Shown: piece by piece, positions 36,028-48,196 of the stretch | How positions within the stretch are numbered: the stretch's first letter is position 1 | Layout of the letters: the number at the start of each line of letters is the position of its first letter | Assembly (NCBI GenBank): GCA_026914245.1 | Contig: CP110439.1 | Span: 2,108,001 to 2,172,000 of the forward strand | Direction of reading: 5' to 3' | DNA length: 64,000 nt | Source: Puccinia triticina | Taxonomy: Eukaryota | Program-made: the position numbers and the translations under genes | Notes under the pieces: model-generated | Databases searched by the model: none | Seen by the model: the letters and a program-made list of their open reading frames with translations, nothing else | What the model was told of the DNA's origin: nothing

Positions 36028-37012
36028 TGTGGTAGACAGAAAAGTGGAAAAATAAAAAGTTTTTTCTATGCCACATAATTACTCATACTAGGCCTCAAGA
36101 TACCATCAAATGGACCCCAGAAATGTATTCTACGGCCAATCTCACCCCTAGTCACCACTGGAAGTACCCCTGGACCCCCTCTAGTGTGGAAGTTACCCCT
36201 CATGGACACCTATCACACGGCCAGCCCCAGTAACCCAGCTGTCACCTGCCTCAACCCAAGTTTCACAGTAGTACACTTATACACATCACAGGATACAAAC
36301 ATACATCTCCCTTTCAGGCTACACTCATTACATATTAACTACATACACTCCTTTATATACATAGTATGACATCATTTACACTGTTTCTGCAGCCTCAGAC
36401 TTTGTGTATACACTAATTCCCCCTGTATGACAGCTCATGCAGTCTACTGTCACCTTATTCATGCGTTAGAATGTTCTTTTGTATATTCTGACATCATGTA
36501 TGCACCCCTGGCTTGTTTAGAATGTTCTGTTGTATATTCTGACACCATCCATGCGCCCCTGAGGGGTTATGACATCATTTGTATCTACTCCCACCAGCTA
36601 AAATCCCTCACCCTGTTGTCTAGATTAGCTGAAACCCTAACCCACAAGCCCCTTTGGGGCTCCACTTTTGTCTATAAAAGCAGCTCTCTCCACCCCCAGT
36701 GGCCTGCTCCCCAGCTCCTCACCCAGAACTCACAAGTCACCCAACACTCATCCACACTCAAATCCTAAAACCCTTATAACAATAAATCAACCCTTATAAC
36801 AAAGTAATTCAACCCTTATAACAATTAAAACACTTACATGTTGCCAGTCAAACAGATTTCATCTGGAACAGACCAGACCTATCACTTAATAAAACTTGCC
36901 AAGCTGAGCTTGGTGGGTCTTGTTGACTGATAACAGAAGGGCAGAGCTTGCAACTCCACCATACCCTTCAACATTCAGCAAAAGGGTTTCATTACCACTT
37001 TTGAGTCTTACA
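36028..37012 (+). mobile_element. Solo LTR of the same family as 10974-23016, diverged
   Basis: Colinear with 10974-11909, with substitutions and an internal duplication near 36510. Flanks ACGG / ATGG (TSD with one CpG->TpG change). Confidence 0.92.
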
Positions 37013-37349
37013 ATGGACGCACTCAAGTATTAGGAGAGTTATACGTGACCTTATCTTTACTTACAGAGTTACTTGCGGAGTGCGGAGTTTTAGTCACTTG
37101 CGGATTATTACGCTATAGATCAGGCTCAGAGAGGAGCGCTGAAGGCTAGCGGATAGTAGTAGTGTGGAGCCGAGTTACCAATAATCACACAGCCCAGACA
37201 CATATATTCTTGAAGAGGGCGTCTAGCGGACATTTCTACCCACATACCAGCCTTTATTCTCACAAGTGGGGGTCTGGCCGGGAACCCAACTTTGTGTTGT
37301 CATTGGATACTTGGGAACTAGATATGCGCGGAAACGGTGAATAAACCCT

Positions 37350-38546
37350 TTGGAAGGCAAATTCTTTACTCCAGGCAACAAAGAAGCTCAAATTGTATCA
37401 GGCATTTTGGACAGCAGAGACATGATAACTGCGGAAAGCGGAGAAGGCTCTTCCTCAAGACCAGCCAAAACACAGTTGTGGTTGGGAGCAGCTGGAAGAC
37501 CAAGAGACTTGCTAGGACAATTATCCTTTTTGTCAGTGCGGAGTCAGTTTTCTCCTAATCAGTCAATTGCAGGAAAGAGGCGACAGCTTTATCAGCGTAG
37601 CACTCTGAACGACCGACCGGGGGTGTTGACTGGAGGGACAGCGAGCGGAACTTACGGAGTTCAACCAGAGGAGACTGAAGACAAGATCATGGACAAAGTA
37701 CCAGGCGGACAACAACCTGCGGCCCCTGCGCCGAGCAGGGCAAAGACACGGCCAAGGGATTCTCTGCACCTTAAGTTCTTGGAGGCAGAAGTGGAGCGCT
37801 TTATTGACCGGTTCGAAAGGGCAGCCCTACAGGAAGGCCTGACTGATGCGGATAAAGCATACCAGTTGGTCAACTTCTTTCCGGAGGGCGAGGACTTGCG
37901 GGAAGTGAAGGACATGAAGGGGTTCAAGAAGAAGGATTGGACCAAGCTCAAGGAGGAGATACTCAAGCGGTGGGAACATCGTTGGCCCAGGTATTGGGAA
38001 AGTGACCTGGAGAAGGTGGCTTTGGCATGTGTGGAAAAAGGTGGTGTCTGGACTAGAGCGGAGTACGTGTCCTATATTACCAGTTTTGACCAGCTTCTGC
38101 GGTATTTGGAGCAGAACAAGATAGTGACGGCCAACATGGGCACAACCAAGCGGAACTTCTTGAAGGGATTCAATCGGGCATTCACGGAGAAGGTGCTACA
38201 AGGGCTCAACAAGCGGGGTTTGATGGTTAAACCACGACTTGGAGGGCCAAAACTGTTGCCCAGCATGAAGGAGCTACGGTCCGCTGTCAAGGCGGAACTC
38301 GAGGCATTGAAGCTCATGAACAACAGTCAAGGAGAGGCGGCTGTAAGGGCGGAACCGGCTCCGCAGGCGCCGGTCACGGTCAAAGATGTGAGTGACCGCC
38401 AATACGCTGAAGGAGTTGAAACTGTTCATGCAGAAAGCGGTGCACTAGCAACCAAAGGAGCAACCAGCAGCTGTGGCACCGGCAGCCACCCTGTCCGAAT
38501 TCTGGCTCATCTTCTTTGCTCACAGTCTTCCTTTTTCCATCACTGA
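37350..38546 (+). pseudogene. gag: Gag-like ORF remnant
   Basis: VERFIDRFERAA...KAYQL...MKGFKKKDWTKLKEEILKRW...YITSFDQLLRYL aligns by eye with the gag at 12498. Confidence 0.7.
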
Positions 38547-40259
38547 TTAGTGATGCCCTAAACCCCCCCCTTTTTTTCAATCTAATCTCCATCACAATGT
38601 GTGATGTGTTCTTTATTTCCATCAATTATTTATTGATGCTTTCAATCACAAGATTGTGATGTGTATTTTCTCTTTCCATTGTTAAGTTACAATGCCTTCC
38701 ACATGTTAATGTTTCTTTAACATGTGTCTATCTCTCCTTCCATCTCATGTGAGATGTCTGTTTTGTTTGTTTTGTCACTTAGGCCCCCTTTGGATCTTGC
38801 AAGGGGGCTCTCTAGTAGTGACTACATATTTCCTCTGCTTGTATTTGAAATCAAATCATCAAGTCAGAGCCCAAACTACTCAGACCCACCTTTGCTCCTT
38901 GGTCCAATCTCAAGACCCCTCAAGATTGAAACTCTCACCACATCAAACCCATTTTATCTGACGGAAAATATCTCAACCCCTGCGGCTCTGCAGGCTGGTG
39001 GGATGCCGCCGTGGAGGCGAGGGCCTCCGGTGTGTGATTACTGCAAGGAGACCGTCCATATGCGGAATCAGTGCAATTACTTTGAAACAGATTGGGCTGT
39101 GGGAAAGGTTTCCTTGTGGGGGCGCGCTTTCTTTTGGCCGGATTGAATGCCAGTGGATGGGCCAATTCCGAGGGACGTGGTGTGGGCTGGAAAACCTTTG
39201 GCTAAGGGAAAAGAGGTGGAAGGCAAATTGAACATTGGGATGATCAAGGGCATGGTGTGGAAGCCGCCTGCTGTAGCCAGCAATGTGAAGTGCGTACAGA
39301 CGGGGGAAGTTCTCCTGGGGGAGCGCTTGGAAAAGATGGATTTGGATCCCGCTCCTGTGCCTAAAGCTAGACCTGAGCTGGCCAAGCAGCTTCCATTAGC
39401 TCCGGTGGTCATGGCTATTTGATCCATTGGTTCTAAACCAAAGATAAATTTGCTATTATCTTCTTCTTGGAACCGATGGGAGGGCTGAGCTGGATGGAGC
39501 TGGGAGGAGCTGTGTCAGAACCGCGGAAAACAAGGTTACCACACGCTTCTGACCAGTATTGCCCAAGTTTTTTTTTTCATATCCCCCCTAAACCCTAACC
39601 CCTCTTAAGTTCTTGGTTTGGTGGTCGTCTAGTCAAGCAGGTTAATGAGGATTGGTCCTTGGCGGAGGTGTGGGTCAGGTAGTCCGTCTAGAGCAAGGGA
39701 CAAGCATCTGGGGGGTCATTCGAGGTGATTGTTTGTCTCCAATTGGTCAGAAGCAGAGACGGCAGCGTCTGAAATAATCCAAAGGCTCCAAGGACGCTTT
39801 GGGGGTTGTGTTTGGGACACCGCTGCCTTCAAAGAGTCTGTCATCTGTTTTGTCTGAGTAGCTGGTTGAGGCTGTTGAGCAGGACTGTCTGTTTTCAATG
39901 ACAGGGGTAGGAGTGGCTGGCTGGGGGAAAAACAGAGGCAGGGCCGGCCAGGTTGTGTTGATCATTCAGCTGACAGGTCCAATCTGTTGAATTTCTGATG
40001 TTCTCTCTTACTTATCCCAAAAATCATGTTTGTCAGAATGAATTCCTTCTTGTCTAGAATCAATCATTAGCATCAATAGTAAGTCAAATAGTACAACCTT
40101 CTCACACCCTGTAGTCTTTGAACCTTGAGTAGTAGAGATTGTGTCAGTCAGTCTGACTTCATTTGTAGACTTGTGATAGTATTCATATTCAATTTGTTCT
40201 TTATTCATTATATCTCAAAACCACAAGTCTGACACATGTACATAGTCTATTTATAACAT

Positions 40260-41005
40260 AGCAGTGTCATGTCAATCAAACCATTGGTTCTCTTCCCTCT
40301 CTTTTCCGCGCACGCAACTGAGCCGCATCCAGTGAGAAAACCATCCTCACTGCTCATCATTCTCGAGCCATTGAGCTCAATCTTTTTTATCCTCTTCTCT
40401 GCGCGGTGGCAATCAGCTCAAGTTTCAACGCAATCAACCACCCGTCCGTACATTCAAGAGACCAAGAAATCCTCGGCCCTTCGCCGTATGGGATCCAAAA
40501 GGGCCGGTGTTTGATTGTCCTGTCAAGTCCAAGTAAGAGGATGAAAAGGGGCTCCGATGGGAAGACGGTAACTGTTATTCCGGTCGAGTTCAGAAAAGGA
40601 GAGGCGCTGTTTGGGTCAGCTCCTTGAGACCGAAGGAAGGCGAGCAAGCGTGATTGAAGAAGGTCAAGAGGAGAGAAGAAAAATCCAGAGGGGTTGAGGC
40701 TGGGAACCAATGAAGGCGAGCCTCTGGTTGGTTTTGGTCTAGAAAAAAAGTGTAAGGAGTGGAATCTCCTTCACTGATGAAGTGGCTCAAGAGGGGCAGA
40801 AAGACACAAATTCTATGACCAAGGACTGTATTTCAAGATGAGCAGGAGCTAGCTCAGAGAGATGTGTCAGTCTACAGGGATCTCTTTTTTATACAACTGG
40901 TGAGAAGAGAGAAAGAGTGGATAAAGTGAAAGGGGTGAATGGCTTACCTAGCTCAGAGCAATGTGTCAGTCTACAGGGATCTCTGCTGAGCTAGGGAAGG
41001 AACAA
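40260..41005 (-). mobile_element. Truncated LTR (3' end at 40751) plus start of internal region, same lineage as 2185-2531
   Basis: CTAGCTCAG...CTGAGCTAG hairpin and duplicated block. The LTR ends CCTTACA, followed by CTTTTTTTCTAGACC on the - strand. Confidence 0.65.
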
Positions 41006-41006
41006 C

Positions 41007-41620
41007 CTTGCAGCTAACCATTTGGTTACAGAGTATTTTTTTCCATGATCCAAAATTTTGGTGCACTTTGGGGTACTGTGGCAAAGGCTTTGGCGGACTT
41101 CCTTAGTAGGAAATCCACCAAATTAGACCCACAGTAGCACAACCCTTTACTGGGGTTTACCACTGGCAAGAGCTCACCATGTTCCTTTCAGAGGATTTTA
41201 TGCCCACTGTAAAATTTTGGGGGGCTTTGGGGCACTGTAGCTAAGGCTTTGGTGGATTTCCTTAGTAGTAAATCCACCAAATTAGACCCACAGTAGCACA
41301 CCCCTTTCCTGGAGTGTGCCAATGCCGTGAAGCTCATCAGGTGCTATTCAGAGTGCTTTATGGCCACTGTAAAATTTTTGGAGGCTTTAGGTGCCCCAGT
41401 GCGGAGGTATAAATTTTATTTATTTTCCGTCATTTTTTGTGAAATTAAGATTCCCGCTCCCATTCTGGATAGCGGAATTAATTTTCCAACTCCCAGAATC
41501 CGCGCGGGTCAAACTTTGGTCCCGCGGACCGGGGACGGACTTCCTGAGGTGGTCCGCGCGACGTGAATGACTTTTGGGAGTCGATTTATTAATTCTTGGG
41601 AGTCAATTTTTCAACTCCCT
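41007..41620 (+). repeat. Dispersed repeat, copy 1 (homologous to 45520-46258; partial inverted copy at 44777-45001)
   Basis: Colinear match starting TTGCAGCTAACCATTTGG and ending TCAATTTTTCAACTCCCT, with an internal duplicated AAATCCACCAAATTAGACCCACAGTAGCAC block. Confidence 0.85.
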
Positions 41621-41658
41621 TCTTTTATTGCCAACTAGAGGCTAAGGCGGCTTCGCCG

Positions 41659-42017
41659 TGTGAGCCGCGGCGCTTCCCGCGAACTCACAGAGACAGTCAC
41701 GAGACTGTCACCGATCCAACCCCGGCCTCACATATAACCTCCCAAGCTCAGCCCCTCCTAGCTCGGCAGGGAAGTACTGAGACTTCCCCCGAGCTAGGTG
41801 AGCACCCTCAATTCCTCTCTTCTTTCTTTTCTCTTTCCCCTTTCCCCCCTTTCCATCCTCCAGTTGTAGATAGAGGGAAGTACTGAGACTTCCCTCGAGC
41901 TAGCTTCCTTCCTCTGATAGTAATCAAACCGAGGTTCTAGAAAGCTGCTGTGCCCCTTCGTGCCTTCGTCTCCGCCTTCGCCTTCAAAAAGTGAAGCTCT
42001 CAAATCGAGAGCTTACA
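41659..42017 (+). mobile_element. Solo LTR (359 bp)
   Basis: TGTGAG...CTTACA termini; 5-bp TSD CGCCG (41654-41658 / 42018-42022). Confidence 0.9.
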
Positions 42018-42926
42018 CGCCGCTGCACTCCCAGGCCTTAGCATCTAAGCTGTATGGAATAATTGTGATCCTCATGAAGTGATCTCTGGATTTACTATTC
42101 AATAATGGTGTTCAAATTTGTAAGATAAATTCACAAAGCTTTTGAGTGCTGATTTTTTATGTACTGTTTGAGAATTAACACACTCCTTTAAGTGTTTGGG
42201 TGATACATCTTTTTTTTGGCTTGAAGGTTTATGATTTTATTCTAGCCTGAGTCTGCTGATGGAAAGCCTCTTCCTGAGGATATACATAGATATGGTCTTG
42301 CAAGTGTGTCTGGGCACATGCCCAACTCCTTGGCCAAGTGACACTGGGGGTTTGGTATGTTCCCAGGGGGCTTGATCAGGCAGGATTCATGAGAGGCAGA
42401 ACTTTGCACACAGCCAAGTCCTGCTTGGTCAGGATCAATTTCTGGGCCAATGGAATATGTGACTTGGAATGCACACTGCACATGCCAGTGATCAGACTAT
42501 GGCCCTTGCCTCTGCCTTGAAAGGCAGCAACAACATACCCTTGAGGAGGGGAAATGTTTCTCCTTGATGGCAGGCACAGCTTTTGGTGGTGTGGCACCCT
42601 GCAAACCAAGCCTTTCAATTCAATTTACTTTTCTGACAACTTTGCTTGTCTGAGAGGTTGGAAATATCCTGAGGGTTAAGTTTGATGAAATTTGGGAAAA
42701 ATGTAAACAATTACAGAGACAGCTAGCATGCAAGGCTCAAGATTGGGCATTTGAGGTTGTGCATGGATATCACTTGATTGCAAATGGTAAAAATCTGTTG
42801 GCATCAGTTCAAATCCGGGTCCATCTCTAGAATGAATCATTGTTTGCACAGACTAACAAGACTGCTAGAGTGTGAGTTTACCATGATTGAAATTGAGTGT
42901 CCAACCTTGTCAAAAATCTTGAAAGA

Positions 42927-44328
42927 TGTCAGGCTCGGGTGATGCCAAGAGAAATACTTCTCTTCTAGCTACACCGGCGACGGCGTTCAGTAGCGCTCAG
43001 AGGAGCGCAAGATACAAAAATAATAATAATATTATTTTTAGATGGTGTTTAACGGAGGGGCCACGAGCGCGTGGGGTATTTAAGTGCCCTCCGGAGTGCT
43101 ACAGGGCCTGCTGGGCAGGGGTGCTTAGGTGCCTGTACGTCTGGGGCCTGCGAAGCAGGGGTGTTTGAACTATACAGTTCCCAGGAGTATTAGAGATTGC
43201 TCCAATAGAGAATAAAAGAAACAAAGGACTCACTCAATGGAGGGAATCCTTAGGAAAAAACAGGGAATCGGGTCAGGTTTTCAGCGGAGAGCTAGCGGGC
43301 AAACAAGTCTTGAGTAGACGGGGTCGAGGCTGGCATTGCGATGAAGTGGTTGACAATTCTGGGAGGCCTTCACTCGCTCGAAGGCCCACCTTTTATATTG
43401 TTCTCTGTCTCCTAGGAGTCGAAGAGTCTGCGACGAACTTCTTTGCTAGTCCCCAAGTCCCTCAGCCTATCGGCCGGGGCTACGCTGATGATCTCGTCTG
43501 GTTCTGCGCACGAGATCAGAGCATAGTTCTATTTCTTTTTATTGGTAAGGCACGGTTGTTAGTCAGGGGCCAAGGCTAGATTCTCCGGATCATGTTGGCC
43601 CTTGACTTGGGTGCAGCCTCATCGCTATCTTCAGGGTAGTTCTTGGGCTTTTTTATTCACAGGATGGATCAAATGTTGCACACGTTTTCTGGGATACTTG
43701 TGATCTATTGATCACGAGTCCATTATAGGAGTCTCAAAATAGCCTTATCGGTCTTAATGTGTCTGCAATAACAATCGTGTGTGCTCACCATTTTTGTGAG
43801 TCCACACCGATCCTTGGTCACGCTTATAGGCTTGGTTCCCCAAGGTCATAACCCAGAGGGTTCTTTAAACTATTTGGCTCTAGATCTCCTGGTATTTACC
43901 AGGGATCTAGGGCAAAGATTAGTTATCCATTTCTTCTTGCAAAGTCGCGGAGCATGGTATCTTCCAAGCTTCCTGACCTCAATTCTAAGTACTAGATCAA
44001 GCACGCGCGCAGTTTATTATTAGAACCACGCGTGCACAATCTTGGTCATGTTTAGGGCTACCTCGTGATCTAGCCCATTATTTTCTGTAAAGTACACTAA
44101 AGTACACACCTTTTGGGGGGCTAGAGATAGATAGTTTGGTCTCTATTTTTCATTTCTAAGGCGCGGCGATCTCGCGCCGGTGCTTATATGTAATATTACA
44201 TTTTAAGACAATATTTATTTTTGTTTTATCTTTTACTTATGCGGAGCTGTTGCGCTGCAATTTATTTTCAAATTATTTTAACATAAAAAGTTAGCTGGGC
44301 TCTACTTAATGTAGTAGCCCTGCTGACA
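42927..44328 (-). mobile_element. Solo LTR (1402 bp)
   Basis: TGTCAG...CTGACA termini; 5-bp TSD AAAGA (42922-42926 / 44329-44333). Orientation inferred only from TATAAAA on the - strand near 43395. Confidence 0.85.
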
Positions 44329-44629
44329 AAAGATGAAGATTGTGTTGAGAGGTTTGTTGATCTGATGTTTAGATTTGTTGGTCAGATATTGGAGGAATTT
44401 ACAGAGAAATTAGCGACTTGGCAATCTGAGATGGGTGGGTGTTATACCACATTTGTGGAGAAGTTGAGCCCCTCTCAATGACCGGCACAGATGAGAGGAG
44501 GTCTTGATGACTGGTGGTCTGTACCTGTAATTGAGGTTCATCAAGGTTACTCCCCTCAATGACCAATACAGACCAGTCATTGAGGAGAGGTGTAACTACA
44601 CACCAGCATAAAATACTTTTGAGGCAGCT

Positions 44630-45480
44630 CTACTGCTAATTGCCTCCGCAACATATAATATTGCCTCCGCCACAGTTGATAGCGCCTCCGCAAGAGTTGA
44701 TAGTGCCTCTGCCACAGTTAATAGTGCCTCTGCCACAGTTAATAGTGCCTCTGCCACAGTTAATAGTGCCTCATCCTCTGAAAGGCACATGGCGAACTTC
44801 TTGGCAGTGGTAAACCCCAGTAAAGGGTTGTGCTACTGTGGGTCTAATTTGGTGGATTTCCTACTAAGGAAATTTGCCAAATCCTTTGCCACAGTGCCCC
44901 AAAGTGCACCAAAATTTTGGATCATGAAAAAAAATACCCTGTACCCAAATGGTTAGCTGCAAGGCAGTAACACACCAGCATAAAATACTGTTGAGGCAGC
45001 TCTACTACTAATTGCCTCCGCAACAGATAATATTGCCTCTGCCACAGTTGATAGCACCTCTGCAAGAGTTGATAGTGCCTCTGCCACAGTTAATAGTGCC
45101 TCTGCCACAGTTAATAGTGTTGCGGGGGATGCAAGATGAAAACCAAAGTTCATGGCTGACAAGCCAGTGACAATTTGTGATTGAGAGAAATATGGTTTGA
45201 ATTCACCAGGGAAGAAAATTACAACAGTAATCTTGGGTGGACTAAATACAAGATTGCTGGAGTTTTGATTGAAGCATACAACCTGATACATATAAGCATA
45301 TATGTGTCTCAACAAATAGTGCCTCCGCCACAGTTAATAGTGCCTTGGCCACAGTTAATAGTGCCTCTGCCACATTTTATAGCGCCTCCGCCACAGTTAA
45401 TAGTGCCTTTGCCATGGGTGCCTCCGCCACAGTTAATAGTGCCTCTGCCACAGTTAATAGTGCCTCCACCACAGTTAATC
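44630..45480. repeat. 21-bp minisatellite (GCCACAGTTAATAGTGCCTCT) in three blocks
   Basis: Arrays at ~44630-44772, ~45005-45118 and ~45315-45479; they generate the spurious repetitive ORFs (LTVAEAL, PQLIVPL). Confidence 0.92.
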
Positions 45481-45519
45481 CCAGCTGCCTCAAAATTATT
45501 TTATGCTAGTGTGTTAATG

Positions 45520-46258
45520 CCTTGCAGCTAAACATTTGGGTACAGAGTATTTTATTTCATGATCCAAAACTCTGGTGCACTTTGGGGCACTGTGGCAAAG
45601 GCTTTGACGGACTTCCTCAGTAGGAAATCCACCAAATTAGACCCACAGTAGCAAACCCCTTTCCTGGGGTTTCCCACTGCAGAGAAGTTCACCATGTGCC
45701 TTTCAGAGGCTTTCATGCGCACTGTAAAATGTTTGGGGGCTTTGGGGCACTCTAGCTAAGGCTTTGGTGGATTTCTTTAGTAGGAAATCCACCAAATTAG
45801 ACCCACAGTGGAGGACTTCCCGTCACAATCTGAAGGTCTCCCAAAAAGCTAGATTTCCCTGCAAAAATCTAGACTTTTTGGGTCTAGATTGACATCTGTG
45901 AGGGTCCCAGATTGCATGGGAAGTCCTCCAGTAGCACACCCCTTTCCTGGGGTGTGCCAATGCCGTGAAGCTCATCAAGTGCTATTCAGAGTGCTTTATG
46001 GCCGCTGCAAAATTTTGCGGGGCTTTAGGTGCCCCAGTGCAGAGGTATAAATTTTTCTTTATTTTCTGTCATTTTTTGTGAAATTAAAATTCCGACTCCC
46101 ATTCTGGATAGCCAAATTAATTTTCCAACTTCCAGAATCCTTGGGTTGAACTTTGGTCCCAAGGAACTGGGACGAACGTCCTGAGGTGGTCCGCGCGATG
46201 TAAACGACTTTTGGGAGTCAATTTATTAATTCTTGGGAGTCAATTTTTCAACTCCCTA
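45520..46258 (+). repeat. Dispersed repeat, copy 2, containing a 120-bp MITE
   Basis: Colinear with 41007-41620. Confidence 0.85.
45810..45929. mobile_element. 120-bp MITE
   Basis: TIR GGAGGACTTCCC / GGGAAGTCCTCC, 3-bp TSD AGT; empty site CCCACAGTAGCACACCCC at ~41287. Confidence 0.85.
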
Positions 46259-46722
46259 AAAGAATGGTTGTCAACCGTGTGATTGGCAATAAAAGAATCT
46301 TCTTGGACGGTCTTATTGGCAACAAATGAAATGTCTTGTTGTAGAAGGTTGGCCACATCCAATTCAACTTTGCTCTTGTCCGCTTCCTTTATTATTGCCA
46401 TGTTCTTCTTTTTCCTCTTTTTGGTCTCCCTTTTTCCAGCAGTTGATCCCACTTTCTTAAATCCACACAATCCTAGACCTCTGGATCTAAGTTTTGGGGT
46501 GTTTTTTTTTACAAATTTACAACAAAAAATAGCGCACACAGAAGTCAAATAAAGGCACAAGTTGAAAATCTGTCAGGTTGTGGTTCTGCTACTCTTAGCT
46601 TTATCATACCTGCTGGTGTCACTCATTCATGACCTGTCATTTACGGGTCTTCCCCTCAATTAGGGATCTTCATGTGACACCAGTGGATGTTCTTTCACCC
46701 ACCTGCAGCCATTCATATCCAA

Positions 46723-46794
46723 GCATCCTTAGTACAGTGGTTAGTACACTTGACATGGATATAAGAGACATGGGTTCAACTCCCATAGGACACA
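46723..46794 (+). tRNA. tRNA-like sequence (pseudo-tRNA) in the TRIM 5' LTR
   Basis: 72 nt; A box TAGTACAGTGG, B box GGTTCAACTCC, D stem GTAC/GTAC, T stem ATGGG/CCCAT. Acceptor and anticodon stems are imperfect. Confidence 0.75.
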
Positions 46795-47051
46795 TAATAT
46801 TTTATGGAGTTTCACAGGTTATGAGCCCAGCGCTACCGCGTGATACCTAGGATATTATGGAGTCTTGGTATGATAAACCCCTTTCATAGCACGGGGGGCT
46901 GTCAGGTTGTGGTTCTGCTACTCTTAGCTTTATCATACCTGCTGGTGTCACTCATTCATGACCTGTCATTTACGGGTCTTCCCCTCAATTAGGGATCTTC
47001 ATGTGACACCAGTGGATGTTCTTTCACCCACCTGCAGCCATTCATATCCAA

Positions 47052-47123
47052 GCGTCCTTAGTACAGTGGTTAGTACACTTGACATGGATATAAGAGACAT
47101 GGGTTCAACTCCCATAGGACACA
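47052..47123 (+). tRNA. tRNA-like sequence (pseudo-tRNA) in the TRIM 3' LTR
   Basis: As above, with acceptor stem GCGTCCT/AGGACAC (6/7); TTTT at 47129-47132. Confidence 0.75.
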
Positions 47124-47767
47124 TAATATTTTATGGAGTTTCACAAAATCCCCAAAGACCCAAAGGCCCTATGGATGACCCTCCAGCTGTGCCGTAGCAA
47201 TGAGCAAAAGTGGGCCGGTTGTTAAAGGTGTCCAGGGAGGGCCTAACCAAGCAGTTAGGGGGCTCCCAGGCAGGGGCTAGGACAAAACCGGATCACCTGG
47301 GGGGACAAATAGCTTTGCCTCCCTCCATTAAATACCCACTCAGCACTTTTGATGCTTGCCAATTCCACCCACCACTTGCTGCAAAAGACTGTAGTGCACA
47401 TTGCCACCGCCTTGATTGTTACCGTTTGCCACCGCTACCATCACCGTTGTTCTCACACCCAATCCAGGTGTAACTGAAATCCCTACACACACACCCGCTG
47501 TATGTTCTGCCCTGCTGGCCCCATCTCACCTCCCGCAACTAGGCTGATGCACCCAGCGCTTCCACCATAAAAATAGTCCATAGATACGCGGTCTTTGTGC
47601 ACAGTTCAACATCTGCCAGCAGCCTCAATCTTTGGTGTAGACTCTGCCATGCTGTAAGCCCCCTCCTTTGGGGTCTCACAAAGCTGTCACAATTATCATT
47701 GTTAGATTACATAATCCACCTGTACTTAGTCTCAGCCCCCCTCAATGACCGGATGGCGAGGAGATAT

Positions 47768-48196
47768 CAAGGGTGAAAGCGCAGCGCAGCGTTTTTGGTG
47801 GCCGCTGCGCTGCGCTGAAAGTAGCGGCCCCGCCCGCTGCGCTACTGCTTTTTGGGTCTGGCAAGAAGCAGGGACCCGCTACTTTCAGCGGTAGCGCAGC
47901 GGAACCATCGCTGCGCTACCGCTTTTTGAGCTGGCCGCGTAGCGCTCCCCCGCTGCCAGCCAAAAAAGCGCAGCGCAGCTGTTTTGGTGGCCGCTGCGCG
48001 GCGCTGAAAGGAGTGGCCCCGCCCGCTGCGCTACCGCTTTTTGGGTCGGGAAAAAAGCGGGACCCCGCTATTTTCAGCGGTAGCGCAGCGGGACTGGCGC
48101 TGCGCTACCGCTTTTTGGGCTGACCGCGCAGCGGTTCCCCGCTGCGCTGCACTAAAAGACCGCTTTTTTGTAGCGCAGCGCAGCGTTTCAGCCTTG
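47768..48196. mobile_element. Non-autonomous TIR element (429 bp), P-superfamily-like
   Basis: Termini CAAGGGTGAAAGCGC / GCAGCGTTTCAGCCTTG, 7-bp TSD GAGATAT, internal ~189-bp duplication rich in GCGCAGCG/CGCTGCGC. Confidence 0.75.

Larger units (their letters stand above)
35401..39420 (+). mobile_element. Degenerate Gypsy remnant (5' LTR ending ~37264, PBS-like site, decayed gag)
   Basis: ...TTCTCACA at 37264 is followed by AGTGGGGGTCTGGCCGGG, a gag-like ORF 37350-38546 and a degenerate knuckle CDYCKETVHMRNQC at ~39033. The left boundary is a guess. Confidence 0.55.
46571..47145 (+). mobile_element. TRIM (575 bp) with tRNA-like sequence in both LTRs (Helenus-type architecture)
   Basis: 246-bp LTRs 46571-46816 and 46900-47145 (one difference seen), TG...CA termini, TSD AAATC. 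The 83-bp interior has PBS-like GGTTATGAGCCC and PPT ACGGGGGG. Confidence 0.93.

Noticed and set aside
39585..39602. Interstitial telomeric repeat (CCCTAA)
   Set aside because: Only about two imperfect units; expected by chance.
42240..42920. Possible decayed coding sequence
   Set aside because: Short broken ORFs with no motif I can identify.
44630..45480. CRISPR-like array
   Set aside because: Units are head-to-tail with no unique spacers, there are no cas genes, and the context is eukaryotic. It is a minisatellite, and its repetitive ORFs are artefacts.
46723..47123. Functional host tRNA genes (nominal TGG anticodon)
   Set aside because: A at position 33, mismatched anticodon and acceptor stems, and location inside TRIM LTRs; the isotype cannot be assigned.
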